Source: the human T2T-CHM13v2.0 reference genome, Homo sapiens. Taken from it: a stretch of 64,000 nucleotides of DNA. The stretch lies in the NCBI RefSeq assembly GCF_009914755.1, contig NC_060933.1; one strand, given 5' to 3'. The stretch's first letter is position 1. Every line of letters starts with the position of its first letter. Positions 51,435-64,000 of the stretch are shown in pieces. Below the pieces are notes generated by a model. The model made no database searches and was not told the origin of the DNA. It worked only from the letters and a program-made list of their open reading frames with translations. A program made the translations under genes and the position numbers.

Positions 51435-51845
<411 letters not shown>

Positions 51846-52522
51846 TAATTAGAAAATACACTCATTATTCAAGATTTAGGAACACAGACAAACACAAAGA
51901 ATATAAAACAGAAACACATAACCCACCACCCAAGTGTAATGAGTGCTAACATTTTAATTATGAAGGTAACACGTTCATTATTGAACACTTAGGAAACAGA
52001 CAGACAGAATGCCTGTAAGATGGAAACACAGAACCCCTTGCCCTCCGTACTAGGAAGCTCACACAGGCACGTAACACCTGCCTGGGGAATCTGTCTCTTG
52101 GGCTAAGGTTAAATGTCATTTCCTTAGAAAAGCCATTCCTGGCCCCACTGAATGGACACGTCCCTCTTGTTCCAGGCACCCAATACCTTCTCCTCACTAG
52201 ATTTATCCTGACCACACTTAATCAACAGCTGCAGTTTACAGTCTGTCTACTGCACTTGACAATAAGCCTCAAGAGGGAGGAGCAGGCCCACCTCACTGAA
52301 CTCTATCCCAGACAGCCTGCCTAGCACAACACAGGGAGGCCCCCAAATGGCTCATTCCTCAGCCATCAGCGACTGTGTCCTGAACACCCAGGCAACATGA
52401 AGCCAGCTGTAACTTATGAACACGTCACCTCCAGCTGAACCATTCAGAGAAGGCCACTGACTCCCGGTCCACCCCACGTGGGTGGCCAGCACAGGGTTTA
52501 TTCTTTTCACTTGTTTTTTTGA

Positions 52523-52693
<171 letters not shown>

Positions 52694-53092
52694 TGAGCCA
52701 AGAGTGCCAACCTCACAATCTCCTTATGATGCCACCATGACTACCACAAGGCACAGAGGACGTCAGAAACTTGCCCCAAACCACCCAACTGGCGAGAAGC
52801 AGGGACAGGCCTCATACTTGGGTCTTTCTGGCTTCAGCACGCTTTCCTTCCACACACGTGTACTGGCACCCACTAAATGCTGAGCTCTGCTCAACGCTCG
52901 GAAGAAGCAGGCCCTGCCTTATCATGCGCACACTCTAGGGGAAAACAAGTAACAGCGAGTAAACAAAGGAACAGACGACATCAGGGTAAAGTGATGGAGA
53001 GACTGCGGTGAGGCCACCAGCCTCCATAAGGAGACAGGCCTTGGTGAAGTCGCTGTGCCTCGGTTCTCAGTGGTGAGGTGGCCCATACTTAC

Positions 53093-53439
53093 TCGGTGGG
53101 TGGGGCTGGGGCTGCCTCCTTAGCTTTCCGCTTCTTATGCTCGATGTCCCCTCGTTCTGGAACAATATCACCATTTGTCCTTTCCTTGGTTCCTTTCTTA
53201 TTGTGCTCTGTTCCACTGGCCTTGGTGCGAGGTACTGGCGCCCTCCTGTCCATCTTGGAACCTGAAGGAACAGAGCCCCTGCTGGCCTCCTGGTCTTTTC
53301 CTGCCGGCATCTCCTCTCCCTTCACTTGAGGCAAGGTCTCTTTTTTGTTTTGCTGGATAATTTTGGGCTTCTTTTTGGAACCCATCTGAGAGATGACAAG
53401 AGGCTTTTCTGGGGCCTGAGATTTTTGTTTCAGCAGCCA
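53093..53439 (-). CDS. REXO4: REXO4 exon 2 (WLLKQKSQAPE...APAPPTE)
   Basis: AG / GTAAGT, 347 nt. Confidence 0.95.
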
Positions 53440-54424
53440 CTGGGACCCAAAATAAAATACATGCTGCATTTGAATTTGGAAATTACACACAGCAGATTGA
53501 AAAAACTTACGTGTGTATGTATATACACACATATACACCAAACACATCTATACAATTCCCATCCGCATCACTGAAATTCATTTTCAAACGGTTTGGAAAA
53601 AGCTCTTTTTCATTCTCATGGGTCACTTGTGGTGAAATGCTGTTTCTTTGCTTATCTTATTATAATGCATTTTGCACCTGCTCCTTCATGCATACAAAAT
53701 GTCAAACTCATTCTACACCTTGGGTACCTGTTGAGTGGCTGGACACCACAGACCACTTCCCTTTTCAGCTTATCTAGAAAGAATTTTGGAGTTAACTTCC
53801 CTCACAGCTTGGGCCAACATCCTGCTACACAGAAATCGCTTTTTTTTTTTTTACAAGATTCCCTGGTTTGCTACTGCTGTGAAGATCTCAGGAAGGTGGG
53901 GGGTGTCATAAATGAAAAGAAAAGCTTCTGTCAAACTGGAGTGGCTGAAGAACTGCTAGCAGCCACACACCTTGGCTGTCACCCAAGCAGAGGCTCCTGT
54001 AGTCTTAGAGCCCAGCTTCCTCCCTGTGTTCAAATCCCCAGTGGGAGTGGGCGCCACCACAGTGCGATGATGAGGCGGGTGCTACTTACCTGTTCTGTGA
54101 TAGGTAAAGAACTGAAGGGCTGACTTTCTTGGATGAATTAGAAAACACTCCAAAGTTTCCCTATAGCACACATCCCTTCCATTCACTTATTTTGCTTTTC
54201 TTTCTTGGGAGAAGGAAGAAGAGTTGGTGTTCAAGAAATCCCACAGAACCCTGGGGCTGCCCACGGGAATTTGACTGGTCCTGTGTGTTAAGACAGGAAT
54301 GTCTGCACTGAGATACTGTGCAGAGTATTAGGAGGTTCAAGAAGCGCTCGGGGAGGCTGAGGTGGGAGGATTGCTTGAGGTCAGGAGTTGAAGACCAGCC
54401 TGGGCAACAAAGTGAAACCCCATC

Positions 54425-54791
54425 TGTATTAGTTCATTGTGCACTGCTATAAAGGAATACCTGTGTTTGGTAATTTATAAAGAAAAAACGTTTATGTAGC
54501 TCATGGTTTTGCAGGTTGTACAAGAAGCATGGTGCCAGCATCTGCTTCTGGTGAGGCCGAAGGAAGCTTCCCATCATGGTGTAAGGTGAAGGGGGAGCAG
54601 GTGTGTTGCGTGGTGAGAGAGCAAGCAAAAAAGGTGCTAGGCTCTTTTTAAACAACCAGCTCTCAAATGAACCAGCAGAGTGAGAACTTACTCGTTACTG
54701 AGGGGAGGGCACCAAGTCATTCATGAGGGATCTACCCCCATGACCCAATACCTCCTATGGGCCCCATCTCCACCACTGGGGATCACATTTC
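54425..54791. mobile_element. MSTA-like ERVL-MaLR LTR between Alu fragments
   Basis: TGTATTAG...GCTATAAAGGAATACCTG...GTAATTTATAAAGAAAA...GGGGATCACATTTC matches recalled MST LTR consensus. Confidence 0.8.
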
Positions 54792-55443
54792 TTTTTTAAA
54801 AAAACTACTTTTTACTTTTATTTAGAGATGGAATCTCACCATGTTGCCCAGGCTGGACTTGAACTCCTGAGCTCAAGTGATCCTCCTGCCTGGGCCTCCC
54901 AAAGTGCTGGGATTACACGTGTGGGCTACTCGGGAGGCTGAGGCAGGAGAATCACTGGAGCCCAGGCAGCAGTGAGCTATGATCCTAACAGGAGGTAGCT
55001 CCAAGGGAGCTCCAAGGGATGTGGTAAGAATGTATGAGTGACGCACGTGGAAGAGTGTCTGGGAGAGAGCAGGCAACCTCTACAGAAGTGCAGGTCACTA
55101 GGGAGACAGCAGGTACAACACAGCCTTAAAAGCATGGACTCCAGAGTCAGCCACCTGGTTCCCAGCCGCAATCTTAGATGATCTATTTAAACTTTTCCAG
55201 CCTATTTCCTCATCTGTACAATAGAGATGATGAAAGTGTCCACCTCACAGTCTTATTGTGGGGATTGCAACACACATGGCATAGAGCACATGGCAGAGTG
55301 CACATTTTTAGGAGCTCAATTAGTATTTACTTCAAGACCGTAAGTGTCGCTAGAACCCCATCACATGTCTGCTATCTGCTTTTCACTTCTACACAGGAAT
55401 CTTCTTTCTCCCTGTCTTGCTACACAGACCAGTGTGTTCTTTC

Positions 55444-55744
55444 GTTGTTGTTGTTTGAGATGGAGTCTCGCTCTGTCGCCCAGGCTGGAGTGCAGTGGCG
55501 CGATTTCGGCTTACTACTGCCTCTGCCTCCCGGGTTCAAGCGATTCTTCTGCCTCAGGCTCCCCGAGTAGCTGCGACTACCGGCGCGCGCCATCACGCCC
55601 GGCTAATATTTTTTGTACTTTTTTAGTAGACACGGGGTTTCACCATGTTGGCCGGGCTGGTCTTGAACTCTTGACCTCAGGGGATCTGCCCGCCTCGGCC
55701 TCCCAAAGTGCTGGGATCACAGGCGTGAGGCCCCGCGCCCGGCC
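55444..55744 (-). mobile_element. AluS, CpG-rich
   Basis: Reverse Alu consensus. Confidence 0.88.
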
Positions 55745-55959
55745 TGGTTTCGGGATTTTAAGCTAAATTTCTCTTTGTAAAATCCATTCTAGTTAGTTCA
55801 TTATGCAAAAGGTACAAGGGTTTATCTTTGCTTTTTTGTACTTGAAATAATTCTTTCATCAATTTCTTTCAAGCAAACAAGTTCGAGACCTCCCTCAACA
55901 GGCCACCTTTCTTGTGAAAAGCTGTTTACAAGATTTCGATTCAAATCTGCCTTTACAGG

Positions 55960-56800
55960 TCTTTTGGGGCTACCCAAGTCTTTCCCTCCGTCGCGTTCTG
56001 CGGGAATGAGCTGCGCAGCGCTCCGCCCGGGCCCCCTCAAGCCTCACCTCTTGCAGCGCCTTCCAGTTTTGAGAAAAGTCTTCTGGTGCCTTTGGAGGTC
56101 GCACCACAGCACCGGGGCCGCTTGCTGGCTTCTTGCTTACTTCCCGCGCCTTGCTTTTCCAAAACCTTTTTTTCTTCTTGTTTTTCTTCCGAGTGAGCGT
56201 CTTGACAGGACCCGGCTTAGCCACGGGGCTGCTCGGGGCGCGCTTGGAGGCGGGGACCTTCGCCTTCCCCATCCTGCTGCCGTCCAGCGCCTGGGCCGGC
56301 GGCCACCCGAGACCCCGGCCTCCCCGGGCCCGGCGCCCTGGCAGCACAAGCGCCTGCCCAGGCCAGGCCGAAACACACCCACCGCAGGGACCCCGTCCAG
56401 GAAAAGACTCCGGAAGAGACCCCGCACGCGTTGCGCATACCTCAGCACGCACGCTCCAGTCCCCGGAAGCGCTCGTCTCTCCACAACCGGCTGGAAACCG
56501 GATCCCTGCCTCTGGTTCCGCGCAGCCTGGGCGGTTCACCCGCACGGGACTTGGGCCGCCGCCTTAGCCAGCGGCATCCGGGGTCATCGACCTCGAGTTT
56601 GACTGGGGCAAGCCGAGGACCTCCCCAAGATCCGGGATGGGGATGAGAGATGCGAACGCCGGAAGGGAACTGGGGGGCCGCTGTGTGTGTAGCACCCGGT
56701 AGGGCAGCTGAGCTGGGGGCACTGGGCGGTGGGGCTAGTGAGAGCCGGGCTAGGTCGCTCGCCTGCGTCCTGGACTCTCGAGCCTTTCCCGCCTTGGGCT
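55960..56800. promoter_or_regulatory. REXO4: REXO4 CpG-island promoter
   Basis: CpG-rich; CCGGAAG ETS/GABP-type sites (~56410, ~56462, ~56659), TGCGCAT NRF1-like site (~56432). Confidence 0.8.
56048..56272 (-). CDS. REXO4: REXO4 coding exon 1 (MGKAKVPASK...RKKNKKKKR...KALQE), basic nuclear/nucleolar signal
   Basis: AGGATGG start at 56272, GAG|GTGAGG donor, 225 nt. Confidence 0.95.
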
Positions 56801-56891
56801 GCTCCTTGCTCAGCCTCACAGCGGCTCATCTTCCACGTACAGTGGGGAAACTGAGGCCCAGGCACCGGGAGGAGTTCCTGCCAGTTCACTC

Positions 56892-57349
56892 TGTAGCAGG
56901 ACGAGCCGCAGACAAGAACCCCTCAGACACCGAATTGTAGAAGGAAAGGGCTTTATTTAGTGGGGAGCATCGGCAGACTCACGTCTCCAAAAACCGAGCT
57001 CTCTGAGTGAGCAATTCCTGTCCCTTTTAAGGGCTTACAACCCTAAGGGGGTCTGTGTGAGAGGGTCGTGATCGATTGAGCAAGCAGGGGGTACGTGACT
57101 GGGGGCTGCATGCACCGGTAATCAGAACGCAACAGAACAGGACAGGGATTTTCACAATGCTTTTCCATACAATGTCTGAAATCTATAGATAACATAACCG
57201 GTTAGGTCAAGGATTGATCTTTAACCAGGCCCAGGGCGCGGCGCCGGGCTGTCTGCCTGTGGATTTTATTTCTGCCTTTTAGTTTTTACTTCTTTATTTG
57301 GAAGCAGAAATTGGGCATAAGACAATATGAGGGGTGGTCTCCTCCCTTA
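56892..57349 (-). mobile_element. Solo LTR2 (HERV-E family) LTR
   Basis: Minus strand begins TAAGGGAGGAGACCACCCCTCATATTGTCTTATGCCCAATTTCTG and ends GGCTCGTCCTGCTACA; internal AATAAA (56952-56957). Confidence 0.85.
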
Positions 57350-57568
57350 CTTCTGCCTCCTGGGTTCAAGCGATTCTCCTGCCTCAGCCTCCTGAGTAGC
57401 TGGGATTATAGGTGCACGCCACCACTCTCTGCCAATTTTTGTATTTTTAGTAGACCTGGGGTTTCGCCACGTTGGCCAGGCTGTCTTGAACTCCTGACCT
57501 CCAGTGATCCATCCGCCTCGGCCTCCCAAAGCGCTGGGATTACAGGTGTGAGCCACCGTGCCCGGCCG
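57350..57568 (-). mobile_element. 3'-truncated Alu abutting LTR2
   Basis: Reverse Alu consensus lacking its tail end. Confidence 0.85.
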
Positions 57569-58064
57569 GGAGTGGGTAGATTTGATGTGCGTGTGTAACA
57601 GGCAGAGGTTGATGGAGTAACAGGGAAGTGAGGCTCCTAGGATTTTGGTCTGAGCAATTGGGTGTGGCCATTTATCATCTCAATAAATGTCTGCGGGGAG
57701 CAGGGTGAAGTATGGGGGTGGAGCCATGAGCTCCTTTTCACACTTGCTGAGTTTGAATGGGCCGTCAGTCACCAAGGAGAGACGTCTAATCAGCAGCAGG
57801 ATATAAGATTCCTAAGCTTAGGGAAGGGTCAGTGCTGGAGATGTAATTTGGAAATCGTCAGCACATAATTAGTGTTGAAACATGAACCTGGGTTAGTTCA
57901 TCCAAAGAGAGAGTACCAATATAGGGAGTGAAGGGTTAAGACCAGATAGCAGGTGCTGGGGGCTCTCCAGGGGCGAAGCAGCAGAGGAGGCTGAGGGGGA
58001 GCAGTCAGTGCAGTGGGAGGAGAAGCGGATGTGAGTGGCATCAGAGAATCCAGGGGGAGAATAA

Positions 58065-58782
<718 letters not shown>

Positions 58783-58789
58783 CAGGTTT

Positions 58790-59228
58790 TCTTTTTAAAA
58801 AAGGAAAAAAACTTTGTTCCAGCAGTTTGTAAACCAGGGCAATGCAGCCTTCTGTACAAAGGTGCATTCCAGGGAACAAAGAGAACAAAGAAAGAGGTCG
58901 TCTTTTGTAGAGAACTTCCTGCCCAGGTTCCCACTTTGGTCCACTTATGCAAATGAGGAAGGCACACTTGCTTAGTTCTGATTGGTTAATACTTGCTGAG
59001 TTCAGATTGGTCGATGCAGGTCACAGTCGATGGGTTGATTCTGGCGGCATAAACAGGAACAGATAGCTGTGAAACCATCCCAGAGTTAAGTGAGAGTGGG
59101 GGCTTTCCAGGAACGCAGAATGTGTGTGTGACCCTAGTCAGCAAATGGCTGCTAGGTCCTACTTTGAATTTAGGCCCAGTTAGTAACTTGGGATCCATCA
59201 AGAAGGATTGGCTCTTTCAGGGTTCACA
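58790..59228 (-). mobile_element. Old ERV1-class LTR (MER92-like)
   Basis: Minus strand begins TGTGAACCCTGAAAGAGCCAATCCTTC..GATGGATCCC; family name from memory. Confidence 0.55.
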
Positions 59229-59350
59229 AAGTTATTGGTGACCTTTTAAAGATCAATTTCAATGGTATGTGGGAATTGAAGGCAAGGAAGTGGAGATAGC
59301 CACTGAAAATAATGTTTCTAAGTTCTTAAAGACAGCCAGAAACAGGGCTA

Positions 59351-59728
<378 letters not shown>

Positions 59729-60781
59729 TCATTCATGCTGATGGAGTGAGCCAGGTACCAGGATCTCGATATCTAAGCATGCCCCCTTCTCCAACAGCCT
59801 CCTTACCTTCCTGCATGAAAGCACACCCTTCCCTCCAGTCCCCCATTCCTTTATTCTGCTGTATTTTTCTCCATAACACTTACCACCTTTGAACATACTA
59901 CATATACAACATGTGTCTGTCTAGCAACTTTGCTGTCTGGCTCTCTTCCCTAGAATTTAAGCTGTGAGAGGCCGAGGCTGCTGTCTGCCTGGCTTGGGGC
60001 TGCTTTCCTGGTGTCTAGCACAGAGCCTGGCCTGTTTCAGGGGCTCAGTGAAACATTTGTTGGCTGAAGGAATGAATGAATGGCTCTAGCAGAGGGGCAG
60101 AAACTAACGATGCAGGAGGAGAGAGCTGGGAAGGGATCCAGAGCCAGGGCCTGGCAGGAAGTGTAGGTGTGTCCTCCCTGATCGCAGAGGAGGAGAGAGG
60201 CTGCACTTTGAGGGGTGGAAAGACAAGGTGAATCCCCCTGCTGGTCATCAGCTTGTGCGGCTCTGTGGGTGTAAAAGAGTGGTTTGGAGCATGTGAAGTG
60301 AGTCTTCCAGGAGATGAAGGGGATTGCCAGGCCGTTTGTGATGATGCTGAGATCTGGTGCCGTGCAGCCTGCTTCTGCGACTCTCCTCATCAGGCGCAGG
60401 CACAGAGTAGGTGGAGAGTTGAGCCAGAACCACGATGTCTTTGGCACAGCCTCTCATCTGTCAGATGGGAGCGGGGACCCCGGAGAGGGAGTCAGCCGAG
60501 GTCCTGGCATTCCTTGTGAACCCCCGTCTGTGGGTTTCTGGTCCAGTGTCCCTTCTCCAGATTAGATGGCTTAGGCCTCCTCTAAGGGGGTGGGCGTGCA
60601 CATCCGGAGAGCTGTCTGGTGTGCAGGACTGGGCTGCAGGTTACCCTGAACTGCAACCATCTTAGAGCAAGGCCCAGCTTGCAGCAGGAGGAGCTGCAGG
60701 CCGCCCACCCTAGCCACGGCCCCTGCCCTGGCAGGAAGCTTCCAAGAGTAAACACTGCCTAATCGTCCCGCCCAGTAGTGA

Positions 60782-61030
<249 letters not shown>

Positions 61031-61361
61031 TGAGCTACCTGGGGCGAGGGGAGTGCCAAATAGCTGACTACATCAGCTTTGGGGTTTGCGCTGGGCAGGG
61101 GAGTCTGTACTTGGGGCTTTGGGGGATGAAGTGTGCTCACTGAAGAGGGAGTTGGTGTCTCAGTACGACCTGCTCATTCGGTGAAGCTGAACAGACAGAT
61201 ACTAGTTTGTCCCAAACTGTGTAGGTTGCTCTTCTCTGCCTCTCCCTTCCTCTCCCTGTCTCTGATTTCCCCCTCTCCTTCTTGGTTGGCCTCACCCACC
61301 TCCTGCCTCCTGTCTCCCTCTTCATCCATCTCTTTTTGTTCTTTTTTCTTTCTCTCTCTCT

Positions 61362-61909
<548 letters not shown>

Positions 61910-62594
61910 TGACCGTGGATGTAAATATTTATTCCTTCTGTGGGAAACAAGATAGGTACTGGCTCAGGCTACCTCCTAAGGCCATGGATTTCCTTATGAT
62001 AAAGGCCTGTCCCCATTGCCCACAGGCCCATGTCTGTGACCTTCTCCGGTGCGAGCCCCCTTCCCAGTAGGGCCATTGGCAACTTGACTAATGGCTGATG
62101 GGGGCCAGAGGCAGGTGGGCTAGTGGTCAGGGGCAACAGGAGGGCAAGGCCCACTTTGTGACCTGGTTCTTTGTGGTCTAGGCCAGAGGCACACTGACCA
62201 GTGCCTGGGGCCACGCTGGGGGCTGGATGCAGCCGACGCTGTCTGGGTATCCCATAGCCTGGGTCCTTCCAGCGCTGCCGCTCCTGAAAGGCTGGGAGAT
62301 CATTGCCCAGGGTCCCTGACCCTCTAAGGGCTCCCTTGGGAGAGGACAGTGAGGGCTGGCCTGGGCCCCTGCTTCCCAAGAGACCACTGGGCTCCACTCG
62401 TGTTCAGTTTCCTGTCGGGGTCCATGATGTTACTTGTGAAACACCTGTGCCCAGAGCAGGGTCCAGGAGGCAGGGCAGGGGCTTTCCCCTTTGGGCAGAG
62501 CCACCAGGGCAGTGGGAATCTTGTCTTGATGGGGTGACCCAAAGCACACAATAGCCCAACAGCTCCTCCTGGGCCCTGCCCTTTGCGTGCCTAG

Positions 62595-63002
<408 letters not shown>

Positions 63003-63457
63003 TAAACTCAGGTAGAATGGCTCGGGGTTCTTCCTCTTCTCCCTCCCTCCCCTGGGTGGAGGTGGGTGAGGTCCCACACCCTCTCTAGGCTCCATGGCAC
63101 ATGCACACCCTGCAGCCTCTCACTACTCAAGTCCCTTCACCTGGGGCCACCCTCAAGCCTGGCCTCTTCCCCAGTATCCATTTGACCCCCACAAAGCTCA
63201 GCTAAAGCAACCCTGGCAAATGGGATACGGGCTGCTCACACTGCCCTCTGCACCCCGACCCTGCCCTCTCTCCATTCTCTTGTCCCCCGCTCAGAGTGGC
63301 GAGGACAGGTCACCCGTCTGAAGTCTAAACAGAGACTGCTGGCAAAGGAGATGCCCACCTTCATTTCTTGCTAGCACCTGAATCCCTGCAGCCCCCCTTC
63401 ACTTGAAAGCTGGGGAAGGGCGGGCAGGGAAGCACTCCCCCACTAGCCGCCGTCTCA

Positions 63458-63706
<249 letters not shown>

Positions 63707-63956
63707 TCATCCCCTTGCTTTGGAGTTTGTTTTCCTTGCGTTAGTTGGCCTTCCTGAGCCATGAGCTGAGGAGCAACAGAGGCACGGCTGACTGTGCAGC
63801 ACATTTTAGGAGCCCCCCGCCCCGCCCGGTTCCCACACATGCTGGTGGAGTAGCCTCTCCAGCTCTTCACACTCCGGGGGCCCCTGGGAGTCAGCAGCTG
63901 CCTGGGGCTGGCAATGCCCACCCGACGGGTTACCTCTCTCATCTGCCCTTGCACAG

Positions 63957-64000
63957 GGGGCAGAACTGCTTCGGGACCCGTCCCTGGGGGCTCAGTTTCG
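63957..64000 (+). CDS. ADAMTS13: ADAMTS13 exon 4, partial (GAELLRDPSLGAQF...)
   Basis: AG acceptor at 63955-63956, phase 0, cut by window end. Confidence 0.93.

Overview
Human (great-ape-type) genomic DNA from the 9q34.2 Surfeit/ADAMTS13 region, identified from the encoded proteins. Four protein-coding genes were rebuilt exon by exon with GT-AG junctions and consistent phases. SURF4 (- strand, 6 coding exons, 13929->1447, 269 aa) is an ER cargo receptor. STKLD1/C9orf96 (+ strand, 18 coding exons, 14434->43853, 680 aa) is a pseudokinase with C-terminal helical repeats. REXO4 (- strand, 8 coding exons, 56272->45385, 422 aa) is a DEDDh exonuclease. The 5' part of ADAMTS13 (+ strand, exons 1-4 from 60872) runs off the window end. 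SURF4 and STKLD1 share a bidirectional CpG-island promoter; STKLD1 and REXO4 are tail-to-tail. Introns are dense in Alus and also hold hAT/Tigger DNA-transposon relics, a 5'-truncated SVA with a flanking direct repeat, MaLR and ERV1 LTRs (including a solo LTR2 just upstream of REXO4) and two kilobase-scale low-complexity arrays. I found no new multi-gene system. The best leads are hidden splicing potential: a MER1-derived ATG|GTGAGT first exon for SURF4; in STKLD1 an NLS-bearing in-frame cassette exon, a triplicated donor and a retained terminal intron; inverted-Alu geometry for a REXO4 exon 3-4 circRNA; and an intronic diverged copy of part of REXO4 exon 5. Repeat subfamily names come from recalled consensus sequences and their boundaries are approximate.
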